A DNA stretch of 64,000 nt from an uncultured Actinomycetes bacterium. GTDB lineage: Bacteria > Actinomycetota > UBA4738 > HRBIN12. Below, one piece after another: positions 48,657 through 58,171 of the stretch (position 1 is its first letter; every line of letters begins with the position of its first letter). The notes beneath the pieces were generated by a model. That model did no database searches. It had not been told where the DNA came from and was given only the letters and a program-made list of their open reading frames with translations. Both the position numbers and the translations under genes were made by a program. The DNA is taken from NCBI GenBank assembly GCA_963728735.1, contig CAVSLX010000013.1, positions 79,632 through 143,631 of the forward strand, given 5' to 3'.

Positions 48657-49102
48657 GGGTGCCCGTTCTCGTCGGTGAGGCGCTCGAGGATGTCGGTCGC
48701 GCGGGCGAGCGTGGCGAGTTCGTCGGGTGGCAGGGCCTTGACCCTCTCGGCGAGGAACGCGTCGTAGCGACGGCGGACCTTCACGACGAGGCGGCGCCCC
48801 TCGGCCGAGAGGGTCAGCCAGGACACGCGGCCGTCGAGCGGGTCAGGTGCGCGCTCGACGAGACCGCGTTCGATCAACTCCGCGATCGTCCGGGTGGCCG
48901 TCGGCTTGCTGATCTGCTCGTGTCGCGCGAAGGTGCCGGCCGTGATGGGACCGTGGCGCTCGATCGTGCCGAGCGCCGACTGCAAGCTCGGCGACAGGTC
49001 GACGTGGGCCTCGGAACGCAACCGGCGCGCCAGGCGCCAGATCCCGGTTCGGAGTCGCGTGGCGAGCGACGCGACGTCGACAGGTGGGGCGGCGGCCGGC
49101 AT
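48653..49102 (-). CDS. MarR family transcriptional regulator
   Basis: wHTH (ITAGTFARHEQISKPTATRTIAELIERGLVERAPDPLDGRVSWLTLSAEGRRL). Overlaps the MFS start. Confidence 0.85.
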   Translation of the reverse strand: MPAAAPPVDVASLATRLRTGIWRLARRLRSEAHVDLSPSLQSALGTIERHGPITAGTFARHEQISKPTATRTIAELIERGLVERAPDPLDGRVSWLTLSAEGRRLVVKVRRRYDAFLAERVKALPPDELATLARATDILERLTDENGHP

Positions 49103-49172
49103 GGCATCAATGGTAGTACCGGGAACTAACTATCGTCACCCCGCCCGCCGGCGGGCACGCAGCGACCGGGCG

Positions 49173-49772
49173 CTAGATGAACAGGGACACGGCTGCGTCG
49201 CGCATCTCCTTGATCGCGGTCGCGGCGCCGATCGGTTCCTCGAGGCCGTCGAGCAGGTCGTCGCGCTTGAGGCCAAGCAGATCCATCGTCATCTGGCACG
49301 GGATCAGCCGCGCGCCCATGTCCTTCGCGATCTCCATGAGGGCCGCGGGCTGCTCGACGTGATGGTCGTCGGCCAGCTTCTTGAACATCGCCGGGCCGGC
49401 GCCGGCGAACTGGTACCGGGAGAGCTTCGCCTTGTCGGCCGAGCCCGGGTTCATCGCCGAGAGCATCTTCTGCATCCAGTTCTCACCGGTGATGCGCGTG
49501 CCGGGCTTCACGATCGAGAACAAGCCCCAGAAGGTGAAGAAGACGCATACCTCCATGCCGCTCGCGGCGGCGGTCGACGACAGGATCGTGGTCGGCCAGA
49601 TCCGGTCGAGGTCGCCGCCCCAGGCGATGATCGTCATCTTGTTCTTCTTCGGGACGCTGGCCTTCTGCGCGTCCTCGAGCGCCTCGACGCGGCCGAGCAG
49701 CGCCGACCAGGCGGCGGCGTCGACGGCCGACACCGCCGGTGCCTCGACGCGGTCTTCGGTTGTCGCCATCAC
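49173..49772 (-). CDS. DsrE/DsrF-like (DsrE2-type) sulfur relay family protein
   Basis: MTIIAWGGDLDRIWPTTILSSTAAASGMEVCVFFTFWGLF core. Located downstream of the TusA-like gene. Confidence 0.65.
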   Translation of the reverse strand: MMATTEDRVEAPAVSAVDAAAWSALLGRVEALEDAQKASVPKKNKMTIIAWGGDLDRIWPTTILSSTAAASGMEVCVFFTFWGLFSIVKPGTRITGENWMQKMLSAMNPGSADKAKLSRYQFAGAGPAMFKKLADDHHVEQPAALMEIAKDMGARLIPCQMTMDLLGLKRDDLLDGLEEPIGAATAIKEMRDAAVSLFI

Positions 49773-49844
49773 GGGCCTCCTGATGGTCTTTCTGGCTGAT
49801 GGTCTTTCTGGCCGGTCCGTACGGTGGTCGCAAGCTGGCGGGGA

Positions 49845-50075
49845 TCAGGCCTTCCTGATCACGAACCGGAAGACCTCGCCGGTCTCGTCGGTCTCGAGCA
49901 GCTGGTTGCCGCTGATCTCGGCCCAGCTCGGCACGTCGGATCGCGAGCCGGGGTCGGTGGCGAGCAGTTCGAGCAGATCGCCCGGCTGCGCGTCCTTGAG
50001 CGCGCGGGCGAGCGAGACGAGCGGCCCCGGGCACGACTGGCCTTTCGCGTCGACGGTGCGGCTGATGACGTTCAC
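49845..50075 (-). CDS. TusA-like sulfurtransferase (SirA/YedF/YeeD family)
   Basis: CPxP motif (DAKGQSCPGPLVSLARAL). 76 aa. Confidence 0.8.
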   Translation of the reverse strand: MNVISRTVDAKGQSCPGPLVSLARALKDAQPGDLLELLATDPGSRSDVPSWAEISGNQLLETDETGEVFRFVIRKA

Positions 50076-50310
50076 GTCACGTCTCCTTCGGAGGAGGAGG
50101 GGAGGAGGAGCGGGATCCGTGGCTCGGGAGCCGTCCCCTAGGGGAGACAGCAGATGCGGTCGGGGATCATCGCCGCGACCGTGCCGAGCTCGCGCGTACA
50201 GATCATTTGCAGGTGCAACAGCCTAGTCGCCTGGGACTATTCCCACAAGGGGACGGGGGACGGGGCCGCATCATCGTCTCGGGGAATACGTTCCCGCGAC
50301 GAGGTGGCTC

Positions 50311-50823
50311 TCAGCGGCGCGCTCCGGGCGTTGGGCCCTGCTCCGGCGTGGAAGCCGGCGTGAGCGACATCTGGAACATCACCATGTCACGCGCGCGGAT
50401 GCCGTTCTCCACCACCGGGAGCGGGTACGTGTCGAAGTAGCCCTCGCGGACCCCGGCGAAACGGAAGCCTGCCTTGCGATAGAAGGCGATCGTCCCGAGG
50501 CTGCAGTCGGAGGTGCCGACGGTCAGCCGCGAGGCGCCGTCGCGCCTGCATCGCTCGGCGATGCCTCCGATGGCCACCCTGCCGAGGCCGCGGCCGCGGA
50601 ACTCCTCGGAGAGCGCGATGTTCCAGATCTCGACCTGGTCGGCCTCGCGGATGAGCACGACGACGCCGATCAGCTCGTCGGCGTCGCGGATCTCCAGGAG
50701 CTCCCCGCGATCGAGGTAGCCGTGCATGTGCTCCTCGGCGTCGTCCGCCTCGAGCAGGAGTCGCAGATGCCGCTCGCGAACGAAGGGAGCAGGGACCAAG
50801 GAAACGTCCGCCACGTCGATCAA
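50311..50823 (-). CDS. GNAT family N-acetyltransferase
   Basis: Acetyl-CoA motif RGRGLGRVAIGGIAERCRRDGASRL...FYRKAGF. Confidence 0.8.
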   Translation of the reverse strand: MIDVADVSLVPAPFVRERHLRLLLEADDAEEHMHGYLDRGELLEIRDADELIGVVVLIREADQVEIWNIALSEEFRGRGLGRVAIGGIAERCRRDGASRLTVGTSDCSLGTIAFYRKAGFRFAGVREGYFDTYPLPVVENGIRARDMVMFQMSLTPASTPEQGPTPGARR

Positions 50824-52436
50824 CCACCGAGCTCGCTGACGACGCGATCGCGAGGCTCGCCTTCGTCGATAGCTTCCTCTCCTGTCTCGGATTCCCGGGT
50901 GGATCCCGACCCAACGTGGCGGAGCATCGTGACGGCGAGCACCGCGATGCCGATCGCCACGATCGACGCGACGGCGATGCTCACCCGCATCCCTTGGATG
51001 AACGCTTCACGTGATGCGTCCAGAAGCGCCGAACCCAACGATGCCGGCAACGCCTCGGCCGCGCCGGCGGCGGCGCCGAGGGTCTCTCGAGCCGCGGTGG
51101 CCGCCTCGACCGGCATCCCCGGCGGCAGCCGTTCCGCGAGCTCACTGCGATAGATGGCCGTGCCGATGCTTCCCAGGACCGCGATGCCGACCGCACCGCC
51201 GAGCTCCGCGCCGGTCTCGGAGATGCCCGAGGCAGCGCCCGCCCGCTCCGGAGGGGCGGATCCGACGATGAGATCCGTCGTCGCCGTGAAGACCGGGGCG
51301 AGACCCAGCGAGATCACGACCGAGGCCCAGACCAGCATCGTGAGGCCCGGTGAGCCGTCGAGCTGCGTCAGGTTCGCGAGGCCGATGGCACTCATCGCCA
51401 GGCCCACGCCGATCACGTACGCCGGTCGGAACCGGCGCAGCAGGATCGGCGCGACCTGCGATCCCACGATGAACCCGGCCGCCGACGGCAGCGACCACAA
51501 GCCGGCCTCGAGCGGCGAGAGCCCGAGCACCAGCTGCAGGTACTGCGCGACGAAAAGGAAGTAGCCGAACGCGATGAAGATGCCGAGCATGTTCGTGGCC
51601 AGAGCCGCGTTGAACGAGCGGATCCGGAAGAGATCGAGGTCGATCATCGGGTCCTCGAGCGAGCGTTGACGCCGCACGAACACCAGGCCGATCGCGAGCC
51701 CGGTGACCACCGAGGCGACGGAAACCCAACCGATGCCGTCCTGCGCGATCTGCTTGAGGCCGAAGATGACGGCCAGGATCGCGATCAGCGACAACCCCGC
51801 GCTCCGAAGGTCGAGGCGTCCCGCATCCGGAGCGCGGTACTCCGGCAGCAGCCTCGGTCCCAGCACGAGCAACAGCGCCATGACGGGCAGGGCCATCAGA
51901 AAGACCGAGCCCCACCAGAAGGACTCGAGGAGCAAGCCTCCGAGCACGGGACCGACGGCGCCGCCCGCCGAGAACCCCATGATCCACACCCCGATCGCGA
52001 TCGTGCGCTGTCTCGGGTCCAGGAACATGTTGAAGATCAACGAGAGCGTCGCCGGTGCCAGCGTCGCGCCGGCGATGCCCTGCAGCGCCCGGCTCGCGAT
52101 CAGCATGCCGGGGCTCGTCGAGAACGCGGCGAGCACCGATACGGCGGCGAACGCGGCTCCGCCGATCATCAACAGCCGGCGGCGGCCGATCCGGTCACCG
52201 AGCGTTCCCATCGTGACGAGGAAGCCCGCCACCATGAACCCATAGATGTCGACGATCCAGAGCAGTTGCGCACTGCTCGGCTCGAGGTCCGCGCTGAGCG
52301 ACGGCACCGCGAGATGCAGGACCGTGAGGTCCATCGCGTAGAGCAGGCACGCGAGCGTGAGGACGGCAAGCCCGATCCACTCCCGCCGTGTCGCCTGTGG
52401 TGAGGATCGGGTCTCCGTCTGCATCTGGTGCGACAC
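50820..52436 (-). CDS. MFS transporter, DHA2 (14-TMS drug:H+ antiporter) family
   Basis: 538 aa, MFS motif GTLGDRIGRRRLL, 14 predicted helices. Confidence 0.85.
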   Translation of the reverse strand: MSHQMQTETRSSPQATRREWIGLAVLTLACLLYAMDLTVLHLAVPSLSADLEPSSAQLLWIVDIYGFMVAGFLVTMGTLGDRIGRRRLLMIGGAAFAAVSVLAAFSTSPGMLIASRALQGIAGATLAPATLSLIFNMFLDPRQRTIAIGVWIMGFSAGGAVGPVLGGLLLESFWWGSVFLMALPVMALLLVLGPRLLPEYRAPDAGRLDLRSAGLSLIAILAVIFGLKQIAQDGIGWVSVASVVTGLAIGLVFVRRQRSLEDPMIDLDLFRIRSFNAALATNMLGIFIAFGYFLFVAQYLQLVLGLSPLEAGLWSLPSAAGFIVGSQVAPILLRRFRPAYVIGVGLAMSAIGLANLTQLDGSPGLTMLVWASVVISLGLAPVFTATTDLIVGSAPPERAGAASGISETGAELGGAVGIAVLGSIGTAIYRSELAERLPPGMPVEAATAARETLGAAAGAAEALPASLGSALLDASREAFIQGMRVSIAVASIVAIGIAVLAVTMLRHVGSGSTRESETGEEAIDEGEPRDRVVSELGG

Positions 52437-52577
52437 CTTCCCACCTCCTGGCCCATCTCCTGGTCTTGATCGTGGTCTCGTCGATGAGACGGAGGTCGTT
52501 CCCGGAACTCATCGCCGCCAGCATCCGTGGGGACGTGCCGTCGCCGAGCGCGCCTGCGTCAGGTCGGACGCGCGCGG

Positions 52578-53458
52578 TCACCCGGGGGTCGGCGTCGTGA
52601 GGCAACCGGCCTCGCGACCGACCTGGCGCAGCCCCTCGAGATCGCCGGGGCCGAAGTCCGTGACGCTGCCGCCCGAGGGTTCCATGATCTCGCCTTCGTT
52701 GTCGACGTGGCCGAGCCCCATCACGTGTGCGAGCTCATGCAGGAGCACCGGCCCCTGCGCGCCCGGGAACGCGAAGCCAGGTGGGTTCTGATCCTCGAGG
52801 TTCATCGCGACGTAGCCGCTCACGAAGACTTCGGCGCCGCCGAGCGGGCGGGTCGGGGACGCCACCGCCGCAGCCGTGTGGCCCTCGCGTTGGAACGGGA
52901 TGTCGACGTCGTCGGGGTCGACCCACGCGATCAGCACGGGAGCCCAGCGCTCGCCGTACCGCTCGAGCTGGTAGGGCTCGCGCAACCGGCTCGGCACCTC
53001 GTCGGACAAGCCGTCGTAGCTGAAGGCGATGCCCGTCGCGCGCGAGACCCGCCGCACGGCCTCGTGCACGTCTTCGACGGAGCCCTGTGGGGCGATCGAC
53101 GGGTTGATCACGTAATGGATCGACTCGCACGCGTTCCAGCGCAGCGGTGACCCGTCGAGGCGGAAGTCGAGGAACCGGTGCTGGCTCCGGTCGCTGGTGG
53201 GAGCCGTGAGCCGCTCGATCGCGACGAGGCCGCCGCCGAGCGCCGCCACCGTGACGGCGAGGACGACGAAAAACGCGAGGATCCGCGGGCCTCTGCGCGG
53301 GCGGTGGATCGGTTCGGTCCAGCCGGGGTCGCCCGGATGCGGTTCCCGCCCCGGTCGGAGGTCGGGCCTCGGCGGCGGAGGCGGGAACGGTTCCGGCGGA
53401 AGCGGGCGTGCTCCGTCGCCCTGGGGGAAGTCAGGTGGCTGCACCCGTCCATGGTAAG
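52578..53458 (-). CDS. membrane-anchored zinc metalloprotease (HExxHxxGxxH metzincin-like motif)
   Basis: HELAHVMGLGHV motif, one TM helix (ILAFFVVLAVTVAALGGGLVAI), Pro-rich cytoplasmic N-terminus. The start is uncertain; a GTG is assumed. Confidence 0.6.
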
Positions 53459-53547
53459 CGTGGCCTTCGGATCGGGTGGGGCGTGCCGTTTCGACGCCGG
53501 TCGCCGCTGCGTGAGCACGACTGGGATCGTCGGCTATGGTCGAGCCG

Positions 53548-55107
53548 ATGGCCCGCACGTTCGTACGTGATCTGCATCTTTCATCGGGCCGCCGCATCGC
53601 CGCGGTGCTCGTCTCGACGTTCGCGCCGATCGTGGCGGCGGGACTCTTTGCGCCGATCGATGCGGCAGCCGACCACGGCGGCCTCGACCAGGAGCCCCCC
53701 GACCTCGTCGTCGACACGTTCGTCGACGACTACGACGGCTCGTGCGTCGACGGGGACTGCTCGCTCCGCGACGCGGTGACGAGCGTGCCGGCCCGGGGCA
53801 TCGTCGAGTTGCCAGCGGGTCACTACCCCTTGACCCTCGACGAGGCGGGCACGCCCTTCGACGGTGCGATCGAGATCGACCGTTCGATGACGATCCGCGG
53901 TCGAGGGGATTCGGGGGTCTTCCTCGACGGGACCGAGCTCGACGCGACGATCTTCGAGGTCCGGGGTGGGGCGCGCGTGCACATCCGCCACGTGACCGTG
54001 TTCGGGAGCCGGGAGCGGTTCCGACCGGCAGGCTTCGTCGACGTCGCTCGCGGGACCCTGTTGCTCGACCGGGTGACGGTCGCGGGAGGCGAGGGTCGTC
54101 ATGCCGGCGCCGTGCTCGTCGAGCCGAGAGGCCGCCTGGTCGTGAAGCGCTCCTCGTTCGTCGGCAACCGCAGCTCAGGATGGGGCGGCGCGATCACGGC
54201 GCGATCACGGATCCGGGTCGTCGACTCGACCTTCGACGGGAACCGGGGTGCGAACGGCGGCGCGCTGTTCATCGCGGATGCGCGCGCGGAACTCCGCGGC
54301 GTGACGATCAGCGGCAACCGCTCGCGCGGTTGGGGCGGCGGGATCTACGCCTCGGACGGACGCACGTCGCTCGAGAACGTGACGATCGCCGGGAACCGAG
54401 CTCGCAGCGGGGGGGGCGGCGTCGCGCTCGGCCTGCGAACGGCCGTGGTCGAGGCACGCCACACGATCGTCGCCTTCAACGAGGCTGCCGACGGCGCCCC
54501 CGATTGCCGGCGGAACCTCGCCTCGCGAGGCTTCAACGTGTCCTCCGGAAGGACCTGCGGCTTCGACGAACCGAGCGATCGACAGGGGGTCGATCCCCGG
54601 CTCGGCCCGCTCACGTCGAACGGCGGCCCCACGCCGACGCGCGCGCTCCGGTCCGGAAGCCCCGCGCTCGACGTCGGCGGCAGCTGCTCCCCGTCGGATC
54701 AACGGGGCGCGCCTCGGCAGGGAAGATGCGACGCCGGTGCGTACGAGTTGGTGCGGTGCCTCGGACGCCCGGTGGACATCGTGGGCACCCGGGGCAACGA
54801 CGAGTTCTCGGGAGGTCGCGACCCCGACACCTTCATGGGCCTCATCGGCAACGACGAGTTCCAGGGGTCGCTCGACGACGACCTCGGCTGCGGGAACGCC
54901 GGCAACGACCTGTTGCTCGGCGGACCTGGACCCGACGCGCTCAAGGGCGGTCCCGGTCGCGACCGGCTCGAAGGCGAAGATGGCAACGACCTGCTGATCG
55001 GCGGACCCGGAGCCGATGTCCTGGTCGGTGGCGAGGGACGCGACGTGTGCATCGCCGGTCGGCACGACCGAGGCCGAGGCTGCGAGGTCGAGCGCCGCCG
55101 TCGGTGA
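53548..55107 (+). CDS. secreted right-handed beta-helix protein with C-terminal Ca-binding (RTX-like GGxGxD) repeats
   Basis: Signal peptide. CSLRDAV motif. Repeated GNRxxGxGGA(I/L) beta-helix rungs. C-terminal GNDLLLGGPGPDALKGGPGRDRLEGEDGNDLLIGGPGADVLVGGEGRD. Confidence 0.7.
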   Translation: MARTFVRDLHLSSGRRIAAVLVSTFAPIVAAGLFAPIDAAADHGGLDQEPPDLVVDTFVDDYDGSCVDGDCSLRDAVTSVPARGIVELPAGHYPLTLDEAGTPFDGAIEIDRSMTIRGRGDSGVFLDGTELDATIFEVRGGARVHIRHVTVFGSRERFRPAGFVDVARGTLLLDRVTVAGGEGRHAGAVLVEPRGRLVVKRSSFVGNRSSGWGGAITARSRIRVVDSTFDGNRGANGGALFIADARAELRGVTISGNRSRGWGGGIYASDGRTSLENVTIAGNRARSGGGGVALGLRTAVVEARHTIVAFNEAADGAPDCRRNLASRGFNVSSGRTCGFDEPSDRQGVDPRLGPLTSNGGPTPTRALRSGSPALDVGGSCSPSDQRGAPRQGRCDAGAYELVRCLGRPVDIVGTRGNDEFSGGRDPDTFMGLIGNDEFQGSLDDDLGCGNAGNDLLLGGPGPDALKGGPGRDRLEGEDGNDLLIGGPGADVLVGGEGRDVCIAGRHDRGRGCEVERRRR

Positions 55108-55151
55108 ACCGCTATCGTTGCGCGGTTCGGCATCCCATCGGAAGGAGCACC

Positions 55152-56138
55152 ATGCGCCGAGCACGGCTCCTGTTGGTGACGATCCTCATCGTCGTGTTCG
55201 GTGGGGTTCCGGCCTCGGCAGGTCCCGTCGCCTGCACGTTCGACGAGGCGACGGCGACGGTCACGGTGACCAGTGACGGCCCGGATATCGTGCGGGTCGG
55301 CGACGAGATCATCGTCGACGGGAGCCCGTGCATGGACGGGTTGGTTGCGGCCACCGTCGTGAACACCGACACGATCGTGGTCGAGCCGAACCTGCAAAGC
55401 CTCGCGATCAGTCTGCGCGGAGGCCCCTTCGCGCCGGGCCTCACCGACGAGGGGAACGACTCCTCGGAGATCGAGTTCCAGGTCGACGCGCTTGCGGGCG
55501 ATGCCGCGGTCATCCACGTCCTGGGCGCCTCCGGCGACGACCGCTTCAAGCCGGCATCGCCCGACCCGGACACCGGTGTCATCAACCTCAACGCGTTCGA
55601 GGTTCCGAAGGATCCTGACGTGACGTTCCAGCACGACGCCGTCGACTTCCTGGTGATCGAGGGCCGGGCCGGGAGCGACTCCGTGCTCGCGCACGGACAC
55701 GGCGTCGCGCCCTACATCGGAAGGCTTTTGTTCCTCGCAGGAAGGGGTGACGACCGCATGAAGCCCGGTGACACGACGGAAAGCACCGGCCCGACGCAGT
55801 TCATCGCAGGTCCGGGTCGCGACACCTTCGACGTGTCCTGGCTCCCTAGGGATGCATCCACCTTGCTGGTGCTCACGCAGGGAGGAGGCTACGCCGCCGG
55901 TGAGGTGTCATTGCAGCGCGTCGAGAACCTGATCGGCCACGACGGTCACGACACGCTCGTCGGCGATCTTCGCGATGAGCGGCTCGTTGGTCTGGGCGGC
56001 GACGACGTGATCGAGGGTCGCCGTGGGGACGACACGTTGCTCGGCGACGCAGGAGCCGACGACCTCCTCGGTGGACGCGGCTTCGACCGTTGCGACGGGA
56101 GCGCGGCCGACGTGAGGGTGCGAGGGTGCGAAGCGTGA
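55152..56138 (+). CDS. secreted protein with C-terminal Ca-binding-repeat region (paralog family member 1)
   Basis: GAAGGAG Shine-Dalgarno. Signal peptide MRRARLLLVTILIVVFGGVPASA. N-terminal CTFDEATATVTVT. C-terminal GDDVIEGRRGDDTLLGDAGADDLLGGRGFDRCDG. Confidence 0.7.
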   Translation: MRRARLLLVTILIVVFGGVPASAGPVACTFDEATATVTVTSDGPDIVRVGDEIIVDGSPCMDGLVAATVVNTDTIVVEPNLQSLAISLRGGPFAPGLTDEGNDSSEIEFQVDALAGDAAVIHVLGASGDDRFKPASPDPDTGVINLNAFEVPKDPDVTFQHDAVDFLVIEGRAGSDSVLAHGHGVAPYIGRLLFLAGRGDDRMKPGDTTESTGPTQFIAGPGRDTFDVSWLPRDASTLLVLTQGGGYAAGEVSLQRVENLIGHDGHDTLVGDLRDERLVGLGGDDVIEGRRGDDTLLGDAGADDLLGGRGFDRCDGSAADVRVRGCEA

Positions 56139-57169
56139 GGGGCTTGGTCGTCGCAACCCGCCGACCCCTCGCGGTCGCCACGATCATCGGAGCACTCGCC
56201 GCCTTGGCGAGCACCGAGGTCGCGGCCGGGCCCGTCGAGGAGTGCGTCTTCGACGCCGGGACCGCCACCGTCACGATCGAGGTCCAGGACGATGTCGTGA
56301 TCGTCACCGACGCGAACGATCCGAACGGATCGATCGTGGTGGACGGCTCGCCGTGCGGAGCCGCCACGGTGACCAACACCGATCTGGTCGACATCCATGC
56401 GGGAAGCGACAACCGGATCGACATCGTGACGGACGACGGCGCGTTCGCCCCCGGAGCGACCGACGAGGGTGACGGCGCCTCCGAGATCGAGTTCCACATC
56501 ACCCAGGGCACGGACGCCGTGCTCGTGATCTCCGGCGGCGCGGCATCAGACGCGTTCGCAACCGCGCTGGCTTCGATCGCACTGTCGACGTATGTCGGCG
56601 CGGTCAACCTGAACGCCGACGAGTCCGTCCTCGACCACGACGTCCTCATCGAACTCGGGCTGATGTCAGGCCTCTTCGTGACGAGCGGTGGAGGGAGCGA
56701 CCGGTTCGATCTCACCGGCGGGGGTGCGGGCGAGGCCCCCTTGCCGGTGGCAACGACCGTCGGCGGCGGTCCTGGCGATGACCGCTTCTCGTTCAGGGGG
56801 GGGTTCAGCGATCTCGTCGCGATCTTCGGTGGCGGCGGCACGGACGCACTCGATCTCTCGAGCGCACAGGTGGGTTCGCAATTCATCGTCAACCTCCGGA
56901 CCGGCGATGGGATCGTGAACGGATCGTTCTCGGTGGCTGACCTCGAGGAGCTCGTCGGACACGACGGCGTGGACATCTTCGTGGGCGATAGCCACCGGCA
57001 GCGTTTCGTGGGCGGCCAGGGCGACGATTCGCTCCTCGGGAGGGCGGGAGGCGACCAGCTCGTCGGCGGGACCGGCGACGATCGCGTCTACGGCGGGCTG
57101 GGCCACGACACCTGCCGGCCGGGCACCGGGAACGACAGGGTCCGAAGCTGTGAGGCTCTCATTTCGTGA
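56135..57169 (+). CDS. secreted protein with C-terminal Ca-binding-repeat region (paralog family member 2)
   Basis: GTG start overlaps the stop of the previous gene. Signal peptide. N-terminal CVFDAGTATVTIEV. C-terminal GGQGDDSLLGRAGGDQLVGGTGDDRVYGGLGHDTC. Confidence 0.7.
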   Translation: MRGLVVATRRPLAVATIIGALAALASTEVAAGPVEECVFDAGTATVTIEVQDDVVIVTDANDPNGSIVVDGSPCGAATVTNTDLVDIHAGSDNRIDIVTDDGAFAPGATDEGDGASEIEFHITQGTDAVLVISGGAASDAFATALASIALSTYVGAVNLNADESVLDHDVLIELGLMSGLFVTSGGGSDRFDLTGGGAGEAPLPVATTVGGGPGDDRFSFRGGFSDLVAIFGGGGTDALDLSSAQVGSQFIVNLRTGDGIVNGSFSVADLEELVGHDGVDIFVGDSHRQRFVGGQGDDSLLGRAGGDQLVGGTGDDRVYGGLGHDTCRPGTGNDRVRSCEALIS

Positions 57170-57207
57170 ACAGCGTGTTGAGGAACTACACCAAGGCCCT
57201 CTCGGCT

Positions 57208-57684
57208 CTATCCGAGGAGCCGGCGTCGGTCCTGCGGCCAGTAGATCACCACGACCTTCGCCTTGAGCTCCGAGGTCGAAACCGGGCCGAAATGGCGGCT
57301 GTCGGTGGAGGCGTCGGGGCGATCGCCCTCGACCCACCACTCGTCGGCGCCGAGACGACGCCCCGCGACCATGCCACCTGGCCCGGCGACGACACGCTTC
57401 ACCATCTCGTACCCGGGCCGTCCCGGATGCTCCACCACGACGACGTCGCCGGCGTCGTAACGACGAGGCGTGACGACGAGCGCCCAGTCGTCGGGGAAGA
57501 GCGTCGGAAGCATGCTCGCACCGTCGATCCGGATACGAGACGGTCTCCAGCGCAGGAAGATCAGCGCCGCGCCCGCGACGGCTCCGATGCCCGCGACGGT
57601 CGCCGACAACCGGCTCCGACCTCGGTGGTAGGGTTCGCCGGGAGGCTCGTCGGGTAGCCCTCCCCGCGAAGGAGGGAGTTGCAT
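57208..57684 (-). CDS. sodX: Ni-SOD maturation peptidase SodX (S26 signal-peptidase-like)
   Basis: S26 family features (IDGASMLPTL, GDVVVVEHP, VKRVVAGPGG, GDRPDASTDSRHFGPV). Divergent from sodN. Confidence 0.75.
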   Translation of the reverse strand: MQLPPSRGGLPDEPPGEPYHRGRSRLSATVAGIGAVAGAALIFLRWRPSRIRIDGASMLPTLFPDDWALVVTPRRYDAGDVVVVEHPGRPGYEMVKRVVAGPGGMVAGRRLGADEWWVEGDRPDASTDSRHFGPVSTSELKAKVVVIYWPQDRRRLLG

Positions 57685-58099
57685 GTTCGAAGCATTCCTG
57701 AAACCCCGCCGCATCGTCCACGCGCACTGCGATCTGCCCTGTGGCGTCTACGACCCCGCGCAAGCGCGCATCGAGGCCGAGTCCGTCAAGGCGATCCAGC
57801 AGCGCTACCAGGACGCCGAGAAGATGAAGACCGCCGGTGAGACGGTCGAGGACTACCGGTCGCGCTGCCTCGGCATCAAGGAGGAGCGTGCGGATCTCGT
57901 GAAGCACCACCTGTGGGTGCTGTGGACCGACTACTTCAAGCCGGAACACCTCGAGAAGAACCCGCAACTGCACGAGCTGTTCTGGAAGGCCACGAAGGCC
58001 GCCGGTTCAGCCAAGAAGTCGCAGGACCCGGCGCAGGGCCAGGAGCTCCTCGACTCGATCGACGAGCTCGGCAAGATCTTCTGGGAGACCAAGTCGTAG
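57683..58099 (+). CDS. sodN: nickel-containing superoxide dismutase SodN (with 14-aa N-terminal propeptide)
   Basis: Ni-hook HCDLPCGVYDPAQARIEAESVKA follows the leader MFEAFLKPRRIVHA. Strong GAAGGAGGGAG Shine-Dalgarno. Confidence 0.9.
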   Translation: MFEAFLKPRRIVHAHCDLPCGVYDPAQARIEAESVKAIQQRYQDAEKMKTAGETVEDYRSRCLGIKEERADLVKHHLWVLWTDYFKPEHLEKNPQLHELFWKATKAAGSAKKSQDPAQGQELLDSIDELGKIFWETKS

Positions 58100-58110
58100 C
58101 TCTCCACACC

Positions 58111-58137
58111 GAGGGCCGGGCGCCTCGCCCGGCCCTC
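58111..58137 (+). terminator. GC-rich hairpin downstream of sodN (candidate intrinsic terminator)
   Basis: GAGGGCCGGGCG, CCT loop, CGCCCGGCCCTC; a perfect 12-bp stem 12 nt after the sodN stop. No U-tract, as is common in high-GC genomes. Confidence 0.5.
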
Positions 58138-58171
58138 GCGAACGCCACACCGTGACCGGGCGGATCCGCCG

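Noticed and set aside
53742-56138. 798-aa ORF 53742..56138(+)
   Set aside because: Only its last 329 codons (from MRRARLLLV, with SD) form a real secreted protein. Upstream it runs out of frame through the beta-helix gene 53548..55107.
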